Assembly: GCA_964016885.1 (NCBI GenBank)
Contig: OZ024744.1
Location: 21,080,001-21,144,000 of the forward strand
Source: Eledone cirrhosa
Lineage: Eukaryota
DNA length: 64,000 nt
Reading direction: 5' to 3'
The notes beneath the pieces are model-generated. The model made no database searches. It worked only from the letters and a program-made list of their open reading frames with translations, and was not told the origin of the DNA. Shown in pieces: positions 12,201 to 25,900 of this stretch. Within the stretch, counting starts at the first letter, position 1, and each line of letters starts with the position of its first letter. Position numbers and translations under genes: made by a program.

Positions 12201-13970
12201 TTAAGGTAAAACTCGTTTTAACAACAGTTGAATCTTATGAACTAACTCATTTTAACAACAGTTGAATCTTAAGTTAAGACTCATTTTAACAACAGTTGAA
12301 TCTTAAGAACTTACTCGTTTTAACGACAGCTGAATCTTAAGATAAAACTCGTTTTAACAACAGTTGGATCTTAAGAACTGACTCGTTTTAACAACAGTTG
12401 AATCTTACGATAAAACTCGTTTTAACAACAGTTGAATCTTATGAACTAACTCATTTTAACAACAGTTGAATCTTAAGTTAAGACTCGTTTTAACAACAGT
12501 TGAATATTAAGACAAAACCCGTTTTAACAACAGTTGAATCTTAAGAACTGTCTCGTTTTAACAACAGTTGAATCTTAAGATAAACCTCGTTTTAACAACA
12601 GTTTAATCTTAAGAACTGACTCGTTTTAACAACAGTTGAATCTTAAGACAAAACTCGTTTTAACAACAGTTGAATCTTAAGAACTGACTTGTTCTAACAA
12701 CAGTTCAGCCTTAAGAACTGACTCGTTTTAACAACAGTTGAATCTTAAAATAAACCTCGTTTTGACAACAGTTGAATCTTAAGAACTGACTCGTTTTAAC
12801 AACAGTTAAATCTTAATAACTGACTCGTTTTAACAACAGTTGAATGTTAAGATAAAACTCGTTTTAACAATAGTTGAATCTTAAGATAAAACTCGTTTTA
12901 ACAACTGTTGAATCTTAAGAACTGACTCGTTTTAACAACATCTGAATCTTAAGATAAAACTCGTTTTAACAACAGTTGAATCTTAAGAACTGACTCGTTT
13001 TAACAACAGCTGAATCTTAAGATAAAACTCGTTTTAACAACAGTTCAAACTTAAGAAATGACTCGTTTTAAGAAAAGTTGAATCTTATGAACCCACTCAT
13101 TTTAACAACAGTTGAGTCTTAAGATAACATTCGTTTTAACAACAGTTGAATCTTAAGATAAAACTCGTTTTAACAACTGTTGAATCTTAAGAACTGACTC
13201 GTTTTAACAACAGCTGAATCTTAAGATAAAACTCGTTTTAACAACAGTTGAATCTTAAGAACTGACTCGTTTTAACAACAGTTGAATCTTCAAATAAAAC
13301 TCGTTTTAACAACAGTTGAATCTTAAGAACTGACTCGTTTTAACAACAGTTGAATGTTAAGATAAAACTCGTTTTAATAATAGTGGAATCTTAAGAACTG
13401 ACTCGTTTTAACAACAGTTGAATCTTAAGATAAAACTCGTTTTAACAACAGTTGAATCTTAAGAACTGACTTGTTTTAACAACAGCTGAATCTTAAGATA
13501 AAACTCGATTTAACAACAGTTCAAACTTAAGAAATGACTCGTTTTAACAAAAGTTGAATCTTATGAACTCACTCATTTTAACAACAGTTGAATCTTAAGA
13601 TAACATTCGTTTTAACAACAGTTGAATCTTAAGATAAAACTCGTTTTAACAACAGTTGAATCTTATGAACTAACTCATTTTAACAACAGTTGAATCTTAA
13701 GTTAAGACTCGTTTTAACAACAGTTGAATCTTAAGAACTGACTCGTTTTAACGACAGCTGAATCTTAAGATAAAACTCGTTTTAACAACAGTTGGATCTT
13801 AAGAACTGACTCGTTTTAACAACAGTTGAATCTTACGATAAAACTCGTTTTAACAACAGTTGAATCTTATGAACTAACTCATTTTAACAACAGTTGAATC
13901 TTAAGTTAAGACTCGTTTTAACAACAGTTGAATCTTAAGAACTGACTCGTTTTAACAACAGTTGAATCTT
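5546..13970. repeat. Tandem duplication of a 4183-bp (123-monomer) HOR unit
   Basis: Markers keep the same offset: GAATCTTCAAAT 5598/9781, TTAACATAAA 6351/10534, GAGTC 8931/13114. ACCGATT and TCTGAAG are present in both copies. 4183 = 123x34 + 1. Confidence 0.9.
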
Positions 13971-16900
13971 AAGACAAAACCCGTTTTAACAACAGTTGAA
14001 TCTTAAGAACTGTCTCGTTTTAACAACAGTTGAATCTTAAGATAAACCTCGTTTTAACAACAGTTTAATCTTAAGAACTGACTCGTTTTAACAACAGTTG
14101 AATCTTAAGACAAAACTCGTTTTAACAACAGTTGAATCTTAAGAACTGACTTGTTCTAACAACAGTTCAGCCTTAAGAACTGACTCGTTTTAAAACAGTT
14201 GAATCGTTAGAACTGACTCGTTTTAACAACAGTTGAATCTTAAAATAAAACTCGTTTTAACAATAGTTGAATCTCAAGAACTGACTCGTTTTAGCAACAG
14301 TTGAATCTTAAGATAACACTCGTTTTCATAACAGTTGAATCTTAAGAACTGTCTCGTTTTAACAACAGTTGAATTTTAAGATAAACCTCGTTTTGACAAC
14401 AGTTGAATCTTAAGAACTGACTCGTTTTAACAACAGTTAAATCTTAATAACTGACTCGTTTTAACAACAGTTGAATGTTAAGATAAAACTCGTTTTAACA
14501 ATAGTTGAATCTTAAGAACTGACTCGTTTTAACAACAGTTGAATCTTAAGATAAAACTCGTTTTAACAACTGTTGAATCTTAAGAACTGACTCGTTTTAA
14601 CAACAGCTGAATCTTAAGATAAAACTCGTTTTAACAACAGTTGAATCTTAAGAACTGACTCGTTTTAACAACAGTTGAATCTTCAAATAAAACTCGTTTT
14701 AACAACAGTTGAATCTTAAGAACTGACTCGTTTTAACAACAGTTGAATGTTAAGATAAAACTCGTTTTAATAATAGTGGAATCTTAAGAACTGACTCGTT
14801 TTAACAACAGTTGAATCTTAAGATAAAACTCGTTTTAACAACAGTTGAATCTTAAGAACTGACTTGTTTTAACAACAGCTGAATCTTAAGATAAAACTCG
14901 ATTGAACAACAGTTCAAACTTAAGAAATGACTCGTTTTAACAAAAGTTGAATCTTATGAACTCACTCATTTTAACAACAGTTGAATCTTAAGATAACATT
15001 CGTTTTAACAACAGTTGAATCTTAAGAACTGATTCGTTTTAACAACAGTTGAATCTTAAGATAAAACTCGTTTTAACAACACGTGAATCTTAAGAACGGA
15101 CTCGTTTTAACAACACCTGAATCTTAAGATAAAACTCGTTTTAACAACAGTTGAATCTTAAGATAAAACTCGTTTTAACAACAGTTGAATCTTAAGAACT
15201 GACTCGTTTTTACGACAGCTGAATCTTAAGATAAAATTCGTTTTAACAACAGTTCAAACTTAAGAAATGACTCGTTTTAACAACAGTTGAATCTTATGAA
15301 CTGACTCATTTTAACAACAGTTGAATCTTAAGAACTGATTCGTTTTAACAACAGCTGAATCTTAAGATAAAACTCGTTTTAACAACAGTTGAATCTTAAG
15401 AACTGACTCGTTTTAACAACAGCTGAATCTTAAGATAAAACTCGTTTTAACAACAGTTGAATCTTAAGAACTGACTCGTTTTAACAACAGCTGAATCTTA
15501 AGTTAAAACTCGTTTTAACAACAGTTGAATCTTAACATAAAACTCGTTTTAACAACAGTTGAATCTTAAGAACTGACTCTTTTTAACAACAGTTGAATCT
15601 TAAGATAAAACTCGTTTTAACAACAGTTGAATCTAATGAGCTAACTCATTTTAACAACAGTTGAATCTTAAGTTAAGACTCGTTTTAACAACAGCTGAAT
15701 CTTAAGAACTGACTCGTTTTAACAACAGCTGAATCTTAAGATAAAGTTCGTTTTAACAACAGTTGAATCTTAAGAACTGACTCATTTTAACAACAGTTGA
15801 ATCTTCAAATAAAACTCGTTTTAACAATAGTGGAATCTTAAGAACTGACTCGTTTTAACAACAGTTGAATCTTAAGATAAAACTCGTTTTAACAACAGTT
15901 GAATCTTAAGAACTGACTCGTTTTACCAACAGCTGAATCTTAAGATAAAACTCGTTTTAACAACAGTTCAAACTTAAGAAATGACTCGTTTTAACAAAAG
16001 TTGAATCTTATGAACTCACTCATTTTAACAACAGTTGAATCTTAAGATAACATTCGTTTTAACAACAGTTGAATCTTAAGAACTGATTCGTTTTAACAAC
16101 AGTTGAATCTTAAGATAAAACTCGTTTTAACAACACTTGAATCTTAAGAACGGACTCGTTTTAACAACACCTGAATCTTAAGATAAAACTCGTTTTAACA
16201 ACAGTTGAATCTTAAGAACTGATTCGTTTTAACAACAGTTCAAACTTAAGAACTGACTCGTTTTAACAACAGTTGAATCTTATGAACTGACTCATTTTAA
16301 CAACAGTTGAATCTTAAGATAACATTCGTTTTAACAACAGTTGAATCTTAAGAACTGATTCGTTTTAACAACAGTTGAATCTTTAAGATAAAACTCGTTT
16401 CGACAACAGTTGAATCTTAAGAACTGACTCGTTTTAACAACAGCTGAATCTTAAGATAAAACTCGTTTTAACAACAGTTGAATCTTAAGATAAAACTCGT
16501 TTTAACAACAGTTGAATCTTAAGAACTGACTCGTTTTAACGACAGCTGAATCTTAAGATAAAACTCGTTTTAACAACAGTTCAAACTTAAGAAATGACTC
16601 GTTTTAACAACAGTTGAATCTTATGAACTGACTCATTTTAACAACAGCTGAATCTTAAGATAAAACTCGTTTTAACAACAGTTGAATCTTAAGAACTGAT
16701 TCGTTTTAACAACAGCTGAATCTTAAGATAAAACTCGTTTTAACAACAGTTGAATCTTAAGAACTGACTCGTTTTAACAACAGCTGAATCTTAAGATAAA
16801 ACTCGTTTTAACAACAGTTGAATCTTAAGATAAATCTCGTTTTAACAACAGTTGAATCTTAAGAACTGACTCTTTTTAACAACAGTTGAATCTTAAGATA

Positions 16901-19900
16901 AAACTCGTTTTAACAACAGTTGAATCTTATGAGCTAACTCATTTTAACAACAGTTGAATCTTAAGTTAAGACTCGTTTTAACAACAGTTGAATCTTAAGA
17001 ACTGACTCGTTTTAACAACAGCTGAATCTTAAGATAAAACTCGTTTTAACAACAGTTGAATCTTAAGAACTGACTCGTTTTAACAACAGCTGAATCTTAA
17101 GATAAAACTCGTTTTAACAACAGTTGAATCTTAAGATAAAACTCGTTTTAACAACAGTTGAATCTTAAGTACTGACTCGTTTTAACAACAGTTGAATCTT
17201 AAGGTAAAACTCGTTTTAACAACAGTTGAATCTTATGAACTAACTCATTTTAACAACAGTTGAATCTTAAGTTAAGACTCGTTTTAACAACAGTTGAATC
17301 TTAAGAACTGACTCGTTTTAACGACAGCTGAATCTTAAGATAAAACTCGTTTTAACAACAGTTGGATCTTAAGAACTGACTCGTTTTAACAACAGTTGAA
17401 TCTTACGATAAAACTCGTTTTAACAACAGTTGAATCTTATGAACTAACTCATTTTAACAACAGTTGAATCTTAAGTTAAGACTCGTTTTAACAACAGTTG
17501 AATATTAAGACAAAACCCGTTTTAACAACAGTTGAATCTTAAGAACTGTCTCGTTTTAACAACAGTTGAATCTTAAGATAAACCTCGTTTTAACAACAGT
17601 TTAATCTTAAGAACTGACTCGTTTTAACAACAGTTGAATCTTAAGACAAAACTCGTTTTAACAACAGTTGAATCTTAAGAACTGACTTGTTCTAACAACA
17701 GTTCAGCCTTAAGAACTGACTCGTTTTAAAACAGTTGAATCGTTAGAACTGACTCGTTTTAACAACAGTTGAATCTTAAAATAAACCTCGTTTTGACAAC
17801 AGTTGAATCTTAAGAACTGACTCGTTTTAACAACAGTTAAATCTTAATAACTGACTCGTTTTAACAACAGTTGAATGTTAAGATAAAACGCGTGTTAACA
17901 ATAGTTGAATCTTAAGATAAAACTCGTTTTAACAACTGTTGAATCTTAAGAACTGACTCGTTTTAACAACATCTGAATCTTAAGATAAAACTCGTTTTAA
18001 CAACAGTTGAATCTTAAGAACTGACTCGTTTTAACAACAGCTGAATCTTAAGATAAAACTCGTTTTAACAACAGTTCAAACTTAAGAAATGACTCGTTTT
18101 AAGAAAAGTTGAATCTTATGAACCCACTCATTTTAACAACAGTTGAATCTTAAGATAACATTCGTTTTAACAACAGTTGAATCTTAAGATAAAACTCGTT
18201 TTAACAACAGTTGAATCTTAAGAACGGACTCGTTTTAACAACAGCTGAATCTTAAGATAAAACTCGTTTTAACAACAGATGAATCTTAAGAACTGATTCG
18301 TTTTAACAACAGTTCAAACTTAAGAACTGATTCGTTTTAACAACAGTTGAATCTTAAAATAAAACTCGTTTTAACAACAGTTGAATCTTAAGATAACATT
18401 CGTTTTAACAACAGTTGAATCTTAAGAACTGACTCGTTTTAACAACAGTTGAATCTTAAGAACTGACTCGTTTTAACGACAGCTGAATCTTAAGATAAAT
18501 CTCGTTTTAACAACAGTTGAATCTTAAAGATAAAACTCGCTTTAACAACAGTTGAATCTTAAGAACTGACTCGTTTTAACAACAGTTGAATCTTAAGAAA
18601 AAACCCGTTTTAACAACAGTTGAATATTAAGAACTGTCTCGTTTTAACAACAGTTGAATGTTAAGATAAAACTCGTTTTAACAATAGTTGTATCTTAAGA
18701 ACTGACTCGTTTTAACAACAGTTGAATCTTCAAATAAAACTCGTTTTAACAACAGTTGAATCTTAAGAACTGACTCGTTTTAACAACAGTTGAATGTTAA
18801 GATAAAACTCGTTTTAACAATAGTGGAATCTTAAGAACTGACTCGTTTTAACAACAGTTGAATCTTAAGATAAAACTCGTTTTAACAACAGTTGAATCTT
18901 AAGAACTGACTCGTTTTAACGACAGATGAATCTTAAGATAAAACTCGTTTTAACAACAGTTCAAACTTAAGAAATGACTCGTTTTAAGAAAAGTTGAATC
19001 TTATGAACTCACTCATTTTAACAACAGTTGAATCTTAAGATAACATTCGTTTTAACAACAGTTGAATCTTAAGAACTGATTCGTTTTAACAACAGTTGAA
19101 TCTTAAGATAAAACTCGTTTTAACAACAGTTGAATCTTAAGAACGGACTCGTTTTAACAACAGCTGAATCTTAAGATAAAACTCGTTTTAACAACAGTTG
19201 AATCTTAAGAACTGATTCGTTTTAACAACAGTTGAATCTTAAGATAAAACTCGTTTTAACAACAGTTGAATCTTAAGAACTGACTCGTTTTAACGACAGC
19301 TGAATCTTAAGATAAAACTCGTTTTAACAACAGTTGAATCTTAAGAACTGACTCGTTTTAACAACAGTTGAATCTTAAGATAAAACTCGTTTTAACAACA
19401 GTTGAATCTTAAGAACTGACTCGTTTTAACGACAGCTGAATCTTAAGATAAATCTCGTTTTAACAAGAGTTGAATCTTAAAGATAAAACTCGCTTTAACA
19501 ACAGTTGAATCTTAAGAACTGACTCGTTTTAACAACAGTTGAATCTTAAGACAAAACCCGTTTTAACAACAGTTGAATATTAAGAACTGTCTCGTTTTAA
19601 CAACAGTTGAATCTTAAGAACTGACTCGTTTTAACAACAGTTGAATGTTAAGATAAAACTCGTTTTAACAATAGTGGAATCTTAAGAACTGACTCGTTTT
19701 AACAACAGTTGAATCTTAAGATAAAACTCGTTTTAACAACAGTTGAATCTTAAGAACTGACTCGTTTTAACGACAGATGAATCTTAAGATAAAACTCGTT
19801 TTAACAACAGTTGAATCTTAAGAACTGACTCGTTTTAACAACAGTTGAATCTTAAGATAAAACTCGTTTTAACAACAGTTGAATCTTATGAACTAACTCA

Positions 19901-22900
19901 TTTTAACAACAGTTGAATCTTAAGTTAAGAATCGTTTTAACAACAGTTGAATCTTAAGAACTGACTCGTTTTAACGACAGCTGAATCTTAAGATAAAACT
20001 CGTTTTAACAACAGTTGGATCTTAAGAACTGACTCGTTTTAACAACAGTTGAATCTTACGATAAAACTCGTTTTAACAACAGTTGAATCTTATGAACTAA
20101 CTCATTTTAACAACAGTTGAATCTTAAGTTAAGACTCGTTTTAACAACAGTTGAATCTTAAGAACTGACTCGTTTTAACAACAGTTGAATCTTAAGACAA
20201 AACCCGTTTTAACAACAGTTGAATCTTAAGAACTGACTCGTTTTAACAACAGTTGAATCTTAAGAACTGATTCGTTTTAACAACAGTTCAAACTTAAGAA
20301 CTGATTCGTTTTAACAACAGTTGAATCTTAAAATAAAACTCGTTTTAACAACAGTTGAATCTTAAGATAACATTCGTTTTAACAACAGTTGAATCTTAAG
20401 AACTGACTCGTTTTAACAACAGTTGAATCTTAAGATAAAACTCGTTTTAACAACAGTTGAATCTTAAGAACTGACTCGTTTTAACGACAGCTGAATCTTA
20501 AGATAAATCTCGTTTTAACAACAGTTGAATCTTAAAGATAAAACTCGCTTTAACAACAGTTGAATCTTAAGAACTGACTCGTTTTAACAACAGTTGAATC
20601 TTAAGAAAAAACCCGTTTTAACAACAGTTGAATATTAAGAACTGTCTCGTTTTAACAACAGTTGAATGTTAAGATAAAACTCGTTTTAACAATAGTTGTA
20701 TCTTAAGAACTGACTCGTTTTAACAACAGTTGAATCTTCAAATAAAACTCGTTTTAACAACAGTTGAATCTTAAGAACTGACTCGTTTTAACAACAGTTG
20801 AATGTTAAGATAAAACTCGTTTTAACAATAGTGGAATCTTAAGAACTGACTCGTTTTAACAACAGTTGAATCTTAAGTTAAAACTCGTTTTAACAACAGT
20901 TGAATCTTAAGAACTGACTCGTTTTAACGACAGATGAATCTTAAGATAAAACTCGTTTTAACAACAGTTCAAACTTAAGAAATGACTCGTTTTAAGAAAA
21001 GTTGAATCTTATGAACTCACTCATTTTAACAACAGTTGAATCTTAAGATAACATTCGTTTTAACAACAGTTGAATCTTAAGAACTGATTCGTTTTAACAA
21101 CAGTTGAATCTTAACATAAAACTCGTTTTAACAACAGTTGAATCTTAAGAACTGACTCTTTTTAACAACAGTTGAATCTTAAGATAAAACTCGTTTTAAC
21201 AACAGTTGAATCTTATGAGCTAACTCATTTTAACAACAGTTGAATCTTAAGTTAAGACTCGTTTTAACAACAGTTGAATCTTAAGAACTGACTCGTTTTA
21301 ACAACAGCTGAATCTTAAGATAAAGCTCGTTTTAACAACAGTTGAATCTTAAGAACTGACTCGTTTTAACAACAGTTGAATCTTCAAATAAAACTCGTTT
21401 TAACAATAGTGGAATCTTAAGAACTGACTCGTTTTAACAACAGTTGAATCTTAAGATAAAACTCGTTTTAACAACAGTTGAATCTTAAGAACTGACTCGT
21501 TTTACCAACAGCTGAATCTTAAGATAAAACTCGTTTTAACAACAGTTCAAACTTAAGAAATGACTCGTTTTAACAAAAGTTGAATCTTATGAACTCACTC
21601 ATTTTAACAACAGTTGAATCTTAAGATAACATTCGTTTTAACAACAGTTGAATCTTAAGAACCGATTCGTTTTAACAACAGTTGAATCTTAAGATAAAAC
21701 TCGTTTTAACAACACTTGAATCTTAAGAACGGACTCGTTTTAACAACACCTGAATCTTAAGATAAAACTCGTTTTAACAACAGTTGAATCTTAAGAACTG
21801 ATTCGTTTTAACAACAGTTCAAACTTAAGAACTGACTCGTTTTAACAACAGTTGAATCTTATGAACTGACTCATTTTAACAACAGTTGAATCTTAAGATA
21901 ACATTCGTTTTAACAACAGTTGAATCTTAAGAACTGATTCGTTTTAACAACAGTTGAATCTTAAAGATAAAACTCGTTTCGACAACAGTTGAATCTTAAG
22001 AACTGACTCGTTTTAACAACAGCTGAATCTTAAGATAAAACTCGTTTTAACAACAGTTGAATCTTAAGATAAAACTCGTTTTAACAACAGTTGAATCTTA
22101 AGAACTGACTCGTTTTAACGACAGCTGAATCTTAAGATAAAACTCGTTTTAACAACAGTTCAAACTTAAGAAATGACTCGTTTCAACAACAGTTGAATCT
22201 TATGAACTGACTCATTTTAACAACAGCTGAATCTGAAGATAAAACTCGTTTTAACAACAGTTGAATCTTAAGAACTGATTCGTTTTAACAACAGCTGAAT
22301 CTTAAGATAAAACTCGTTTTAACAACAGTTGAATCTTAAGAACTGACTCGTTTTAACAACAGCTGAATCTTAAGATAAAACTCGTTTTAACAACAGTTGA
22401 ATCTTAAGATAAATCTCGTTTTAACAACAGTTGAATCTTAAGAACTGACTCTTTTTAACAACAGTTGAATCTTAAGATAAAACTCGTTTTAACAACAGTT
22501 GAATCTTATGAGCTAACTCATTTTAACAACAGTTGAATCTTAAGTTAAGACTCGTTTTAACAACAGTTGAATCTTAAGAACTGACTCGTTTTAACAACAG
22601 CTGAATCTTAAGATAAAACTCGTTTTAACAACAGTTGAATCTTAAGAACTGACTCGTTTTAACAACAGCTGAATCTTAAGATAAAACTCGTTTTAACAAC
22701 AGTTGAATCTTAAGATAAAACTCGTTTTAACAACAGTTGAATCTTAAGTACTGACTCGTTTTAACAACAGTTGAATCTTAAGGTAAAACTCGTTTTAACA
22801 ACAGTTGAATCTTATGAACTAACTCATTTTAACAACAGTTGAATCTTAAGTTAAGACTCATTTTAACAACAGTTGAATCTTAAGAACTTACTCGTTTTAA

Positions 22901-25900
22901 CGACAGCTGAATCTTAAGATAAAACTCGTTTTAACAACAGTTGGATCTTAAGAACTGACTCGTTTTAACAACAGTTGAATCTTACGATAAAACTCGTTTT
23001 AACAACAGTTGAATCTTATGAACTAACTCATTTTAACAACAGTTGAATCTTAAGTTAAGACTCGTTTTAACAACAGTTGAATATTAAGACAAAACCCGTT
23101 TTAACAACAGTTGAATCTTAAGAACTGTCTCGTTTTAACAACAGTTGAATCTTAAGATAAACCTCGTTTTAACAACAGTTTAATCTTAAGAACTGACTCG
23201 TTTTAACAACAGTTGAATCTTAAGACAAAACTCGTTTTAACAACAGTTGAATCTTAAGAACTGACTTGTTCTAACAACAGTTCAGCCTTAAGAACTGACT
23301 CGTTTTAACAACAGTTGAATCTTAAAATAAACCTCGTTTTGACAACAGTTGAATCTTAAGAACTGACTCGTTTTAACAACAGTTAAATCTTAATAACTGA
23401 CTCGTTTTAACAACAGTTGAATGTTAAGATAAAAATCGTTTTAACAATAGTTGAATCTTAAGATAAAACTCGTTTTAACAACTGTTGAATCTTAAGAACT
23501 GACTCGTTTTAACAACATCTGAATCTTAAGATAAAACTCGTTTTAACAACAGTTGAATCTTAAGAACTGACTCGTTTTAACAACAGCTGAATCTTAAGAT
23601 AAAACTCGTTTTAACAACAGTTCAAACTTAAGAAATGACTCGTTTTAAGAAAAGTTGAATCTTATGAACCCACTCATTTTAACAACAGTTGAGTCTTAAG
23701 ATAACATTCGTTTTAACAACAGTTGAATCTTAAGATAAAACTCGTTTTAACAACTGTTGAATCTTAAGAACTGACTCGTTTTAACAACAGCTGAATCTTA
23801 AGATAAAACTCGTTTTAACAACAGTTGAATCTTAAGAACTGACTCGTTTTAACAACAGTTGAATCTTCAAATAAAACTCGTTTTAACAACAGTTGAATCT
23901 TAAGAACTGACTCGTTTTAACAACAGTTGAATGTTAAGATAAAACTCGTTTTAATAATAGTGGAATCTTAAGAACTGACTCGTTTTAACAACAGTTGAAT
24001 CTTAAGATAAAACTCGTTTTAACAACAGTTGAATCTTAAGAACTGACTTGTTTTAACAACAGCTGAATCTTAAGATAAAACTCGATTTAACAACAGTTCA
24101 AACTTAAGAAATGACTCGTTTTAACAAAAGTTGAATCTTATGAACTCACTCATTTTAACAACAGTTGAATCTTAAGATAACATTCGTTTTAACAACAGTT
24201 GAATCTTAAGATAAAACTCGTTTTAACAACAGTTGAATCTTATGAACTAACTCATTTTAACAACAGTTGAATCTTAAGTTAAGACTCGTTTTAACAACAG
24301 TTGAATCTTAAGAACTGACTCGTTTTAACGACAGCTGAATCTTAAGATAAAACTCGTTTTAACAACAGTTGAATCTTATGAACTAACTCATTTTAACAAC
24401 AGTTGAATCTTAAGTTAAGACTCGTTTTAACAACAGTTGAATCTTAAGAACTGACTCGTTTTAACAACAGTTGAATCTTAAGACAAAACCCGTTTTAACA
24501 ACAGTTGAATCTTAAGAACTGTCTCGTTTTAACAACAGTTGAATCTTAAGATAAACCTCGTTTTAACAACAGTTTAATCTTAAGAACTGACTCGTTTTAA
24601 CAACAGTTGAATCTTAAGACAAAACTCGTTTTAACAACAGTTGAATCTTAAGAACTGACTTGTTCTAACAACAGTTCAGCCTTAAGAACTGACTCGTTTT
24701 AAAACAGTTGAATCGTTAGAACTGACTCGTTTTAACAACAGTTGAATCTTAAAATAAAACTCGTTTTAACAATAGTTGAATCTCAAGAACTGACTCGTTT
24801 TAGCAACAGTTGAATCTTAAGATAACACTCGTTTTCATAACAGTTGAATCTTAAGAACTGTCTCGTTTTAACAACAGTTGAATTTTAAGATAAACCTCGT
24901 TTTGACAACAGTTGAATCTTAAGAACTGACTCGTTTTAACAACAGTTAAATCTTAATAACTGACTCGTTTTAACAACAGTTGAATGTTAAGATAAAACTC
25001 GTTTTAACAATAGTTGAATCTTAAGAACTGACTCGTTTTAACAACAGTTGAATCTTAAGATAAAACTCGTTTTAACAACTGTTGAATCTTAAGAACTGAC
25101 TCGTTTTAACAACAGCTGAATCTTAAGATAAAACTCGTTTTAACAACAGTTGAATCTTAAGAACTGACTCGTTTTAACAACAGTTGAATCTTCAAATAAA
25201 ACTCGTTTTAACAACAGTTGAATCTTAAGAACTGACTCGTTTTAACAACAGTTGAATGTTAAGATAAAACTCGTTTTAATAATAGTGGAATCTTAAGAAC
25301 TGACTCGTTTTAACAACAGTTGAATCTTAAGATAAAACTCGTTTTAACAACAGTTGAATCTTAAGAACTGACTTGTTTTAACAACAGCTGAATCTTAAGA
25401 TAAAACTCGATTGAACAACAGTTCAAACTTAAGAAATGACTCGTTTTAACAAAAGTTGAATCTTATGAACTCACTCATTTTAACAACAGTTGAATCTTAA
25501 GATAACATTCGTTTTAACAACAGTTGAATCTTAAGAACTGATTCGTTTTAACAACAGTTGAATCTTAAGATAAAACTCGTTTTAACAACACGTGAATCTT
25601 AAGAACGGACTCGTTTTAACAACACCTGAATCTTAAGATAAAACTCGTTTTAACAACAGTTGAATCTTAAGATAAAACTCGTTTTAACAACAGTTGAATC
25701 TTAAGAACTGACTCGTTTTTACGACAGCTGAATCTTAAGATAAAATTCGTTTTAACAACAGTTCAAACTTAAGAAATGACTCGTTTTAACAACAGTTGAA
25801 TCTTATGAACTGACTCATTTTAACAACAGTTGAATCTTAAGAACTGATTCGTTTTAACAACAGCTGAATCTTAAGATAAAACTCGTTTTAACAACAGTTG

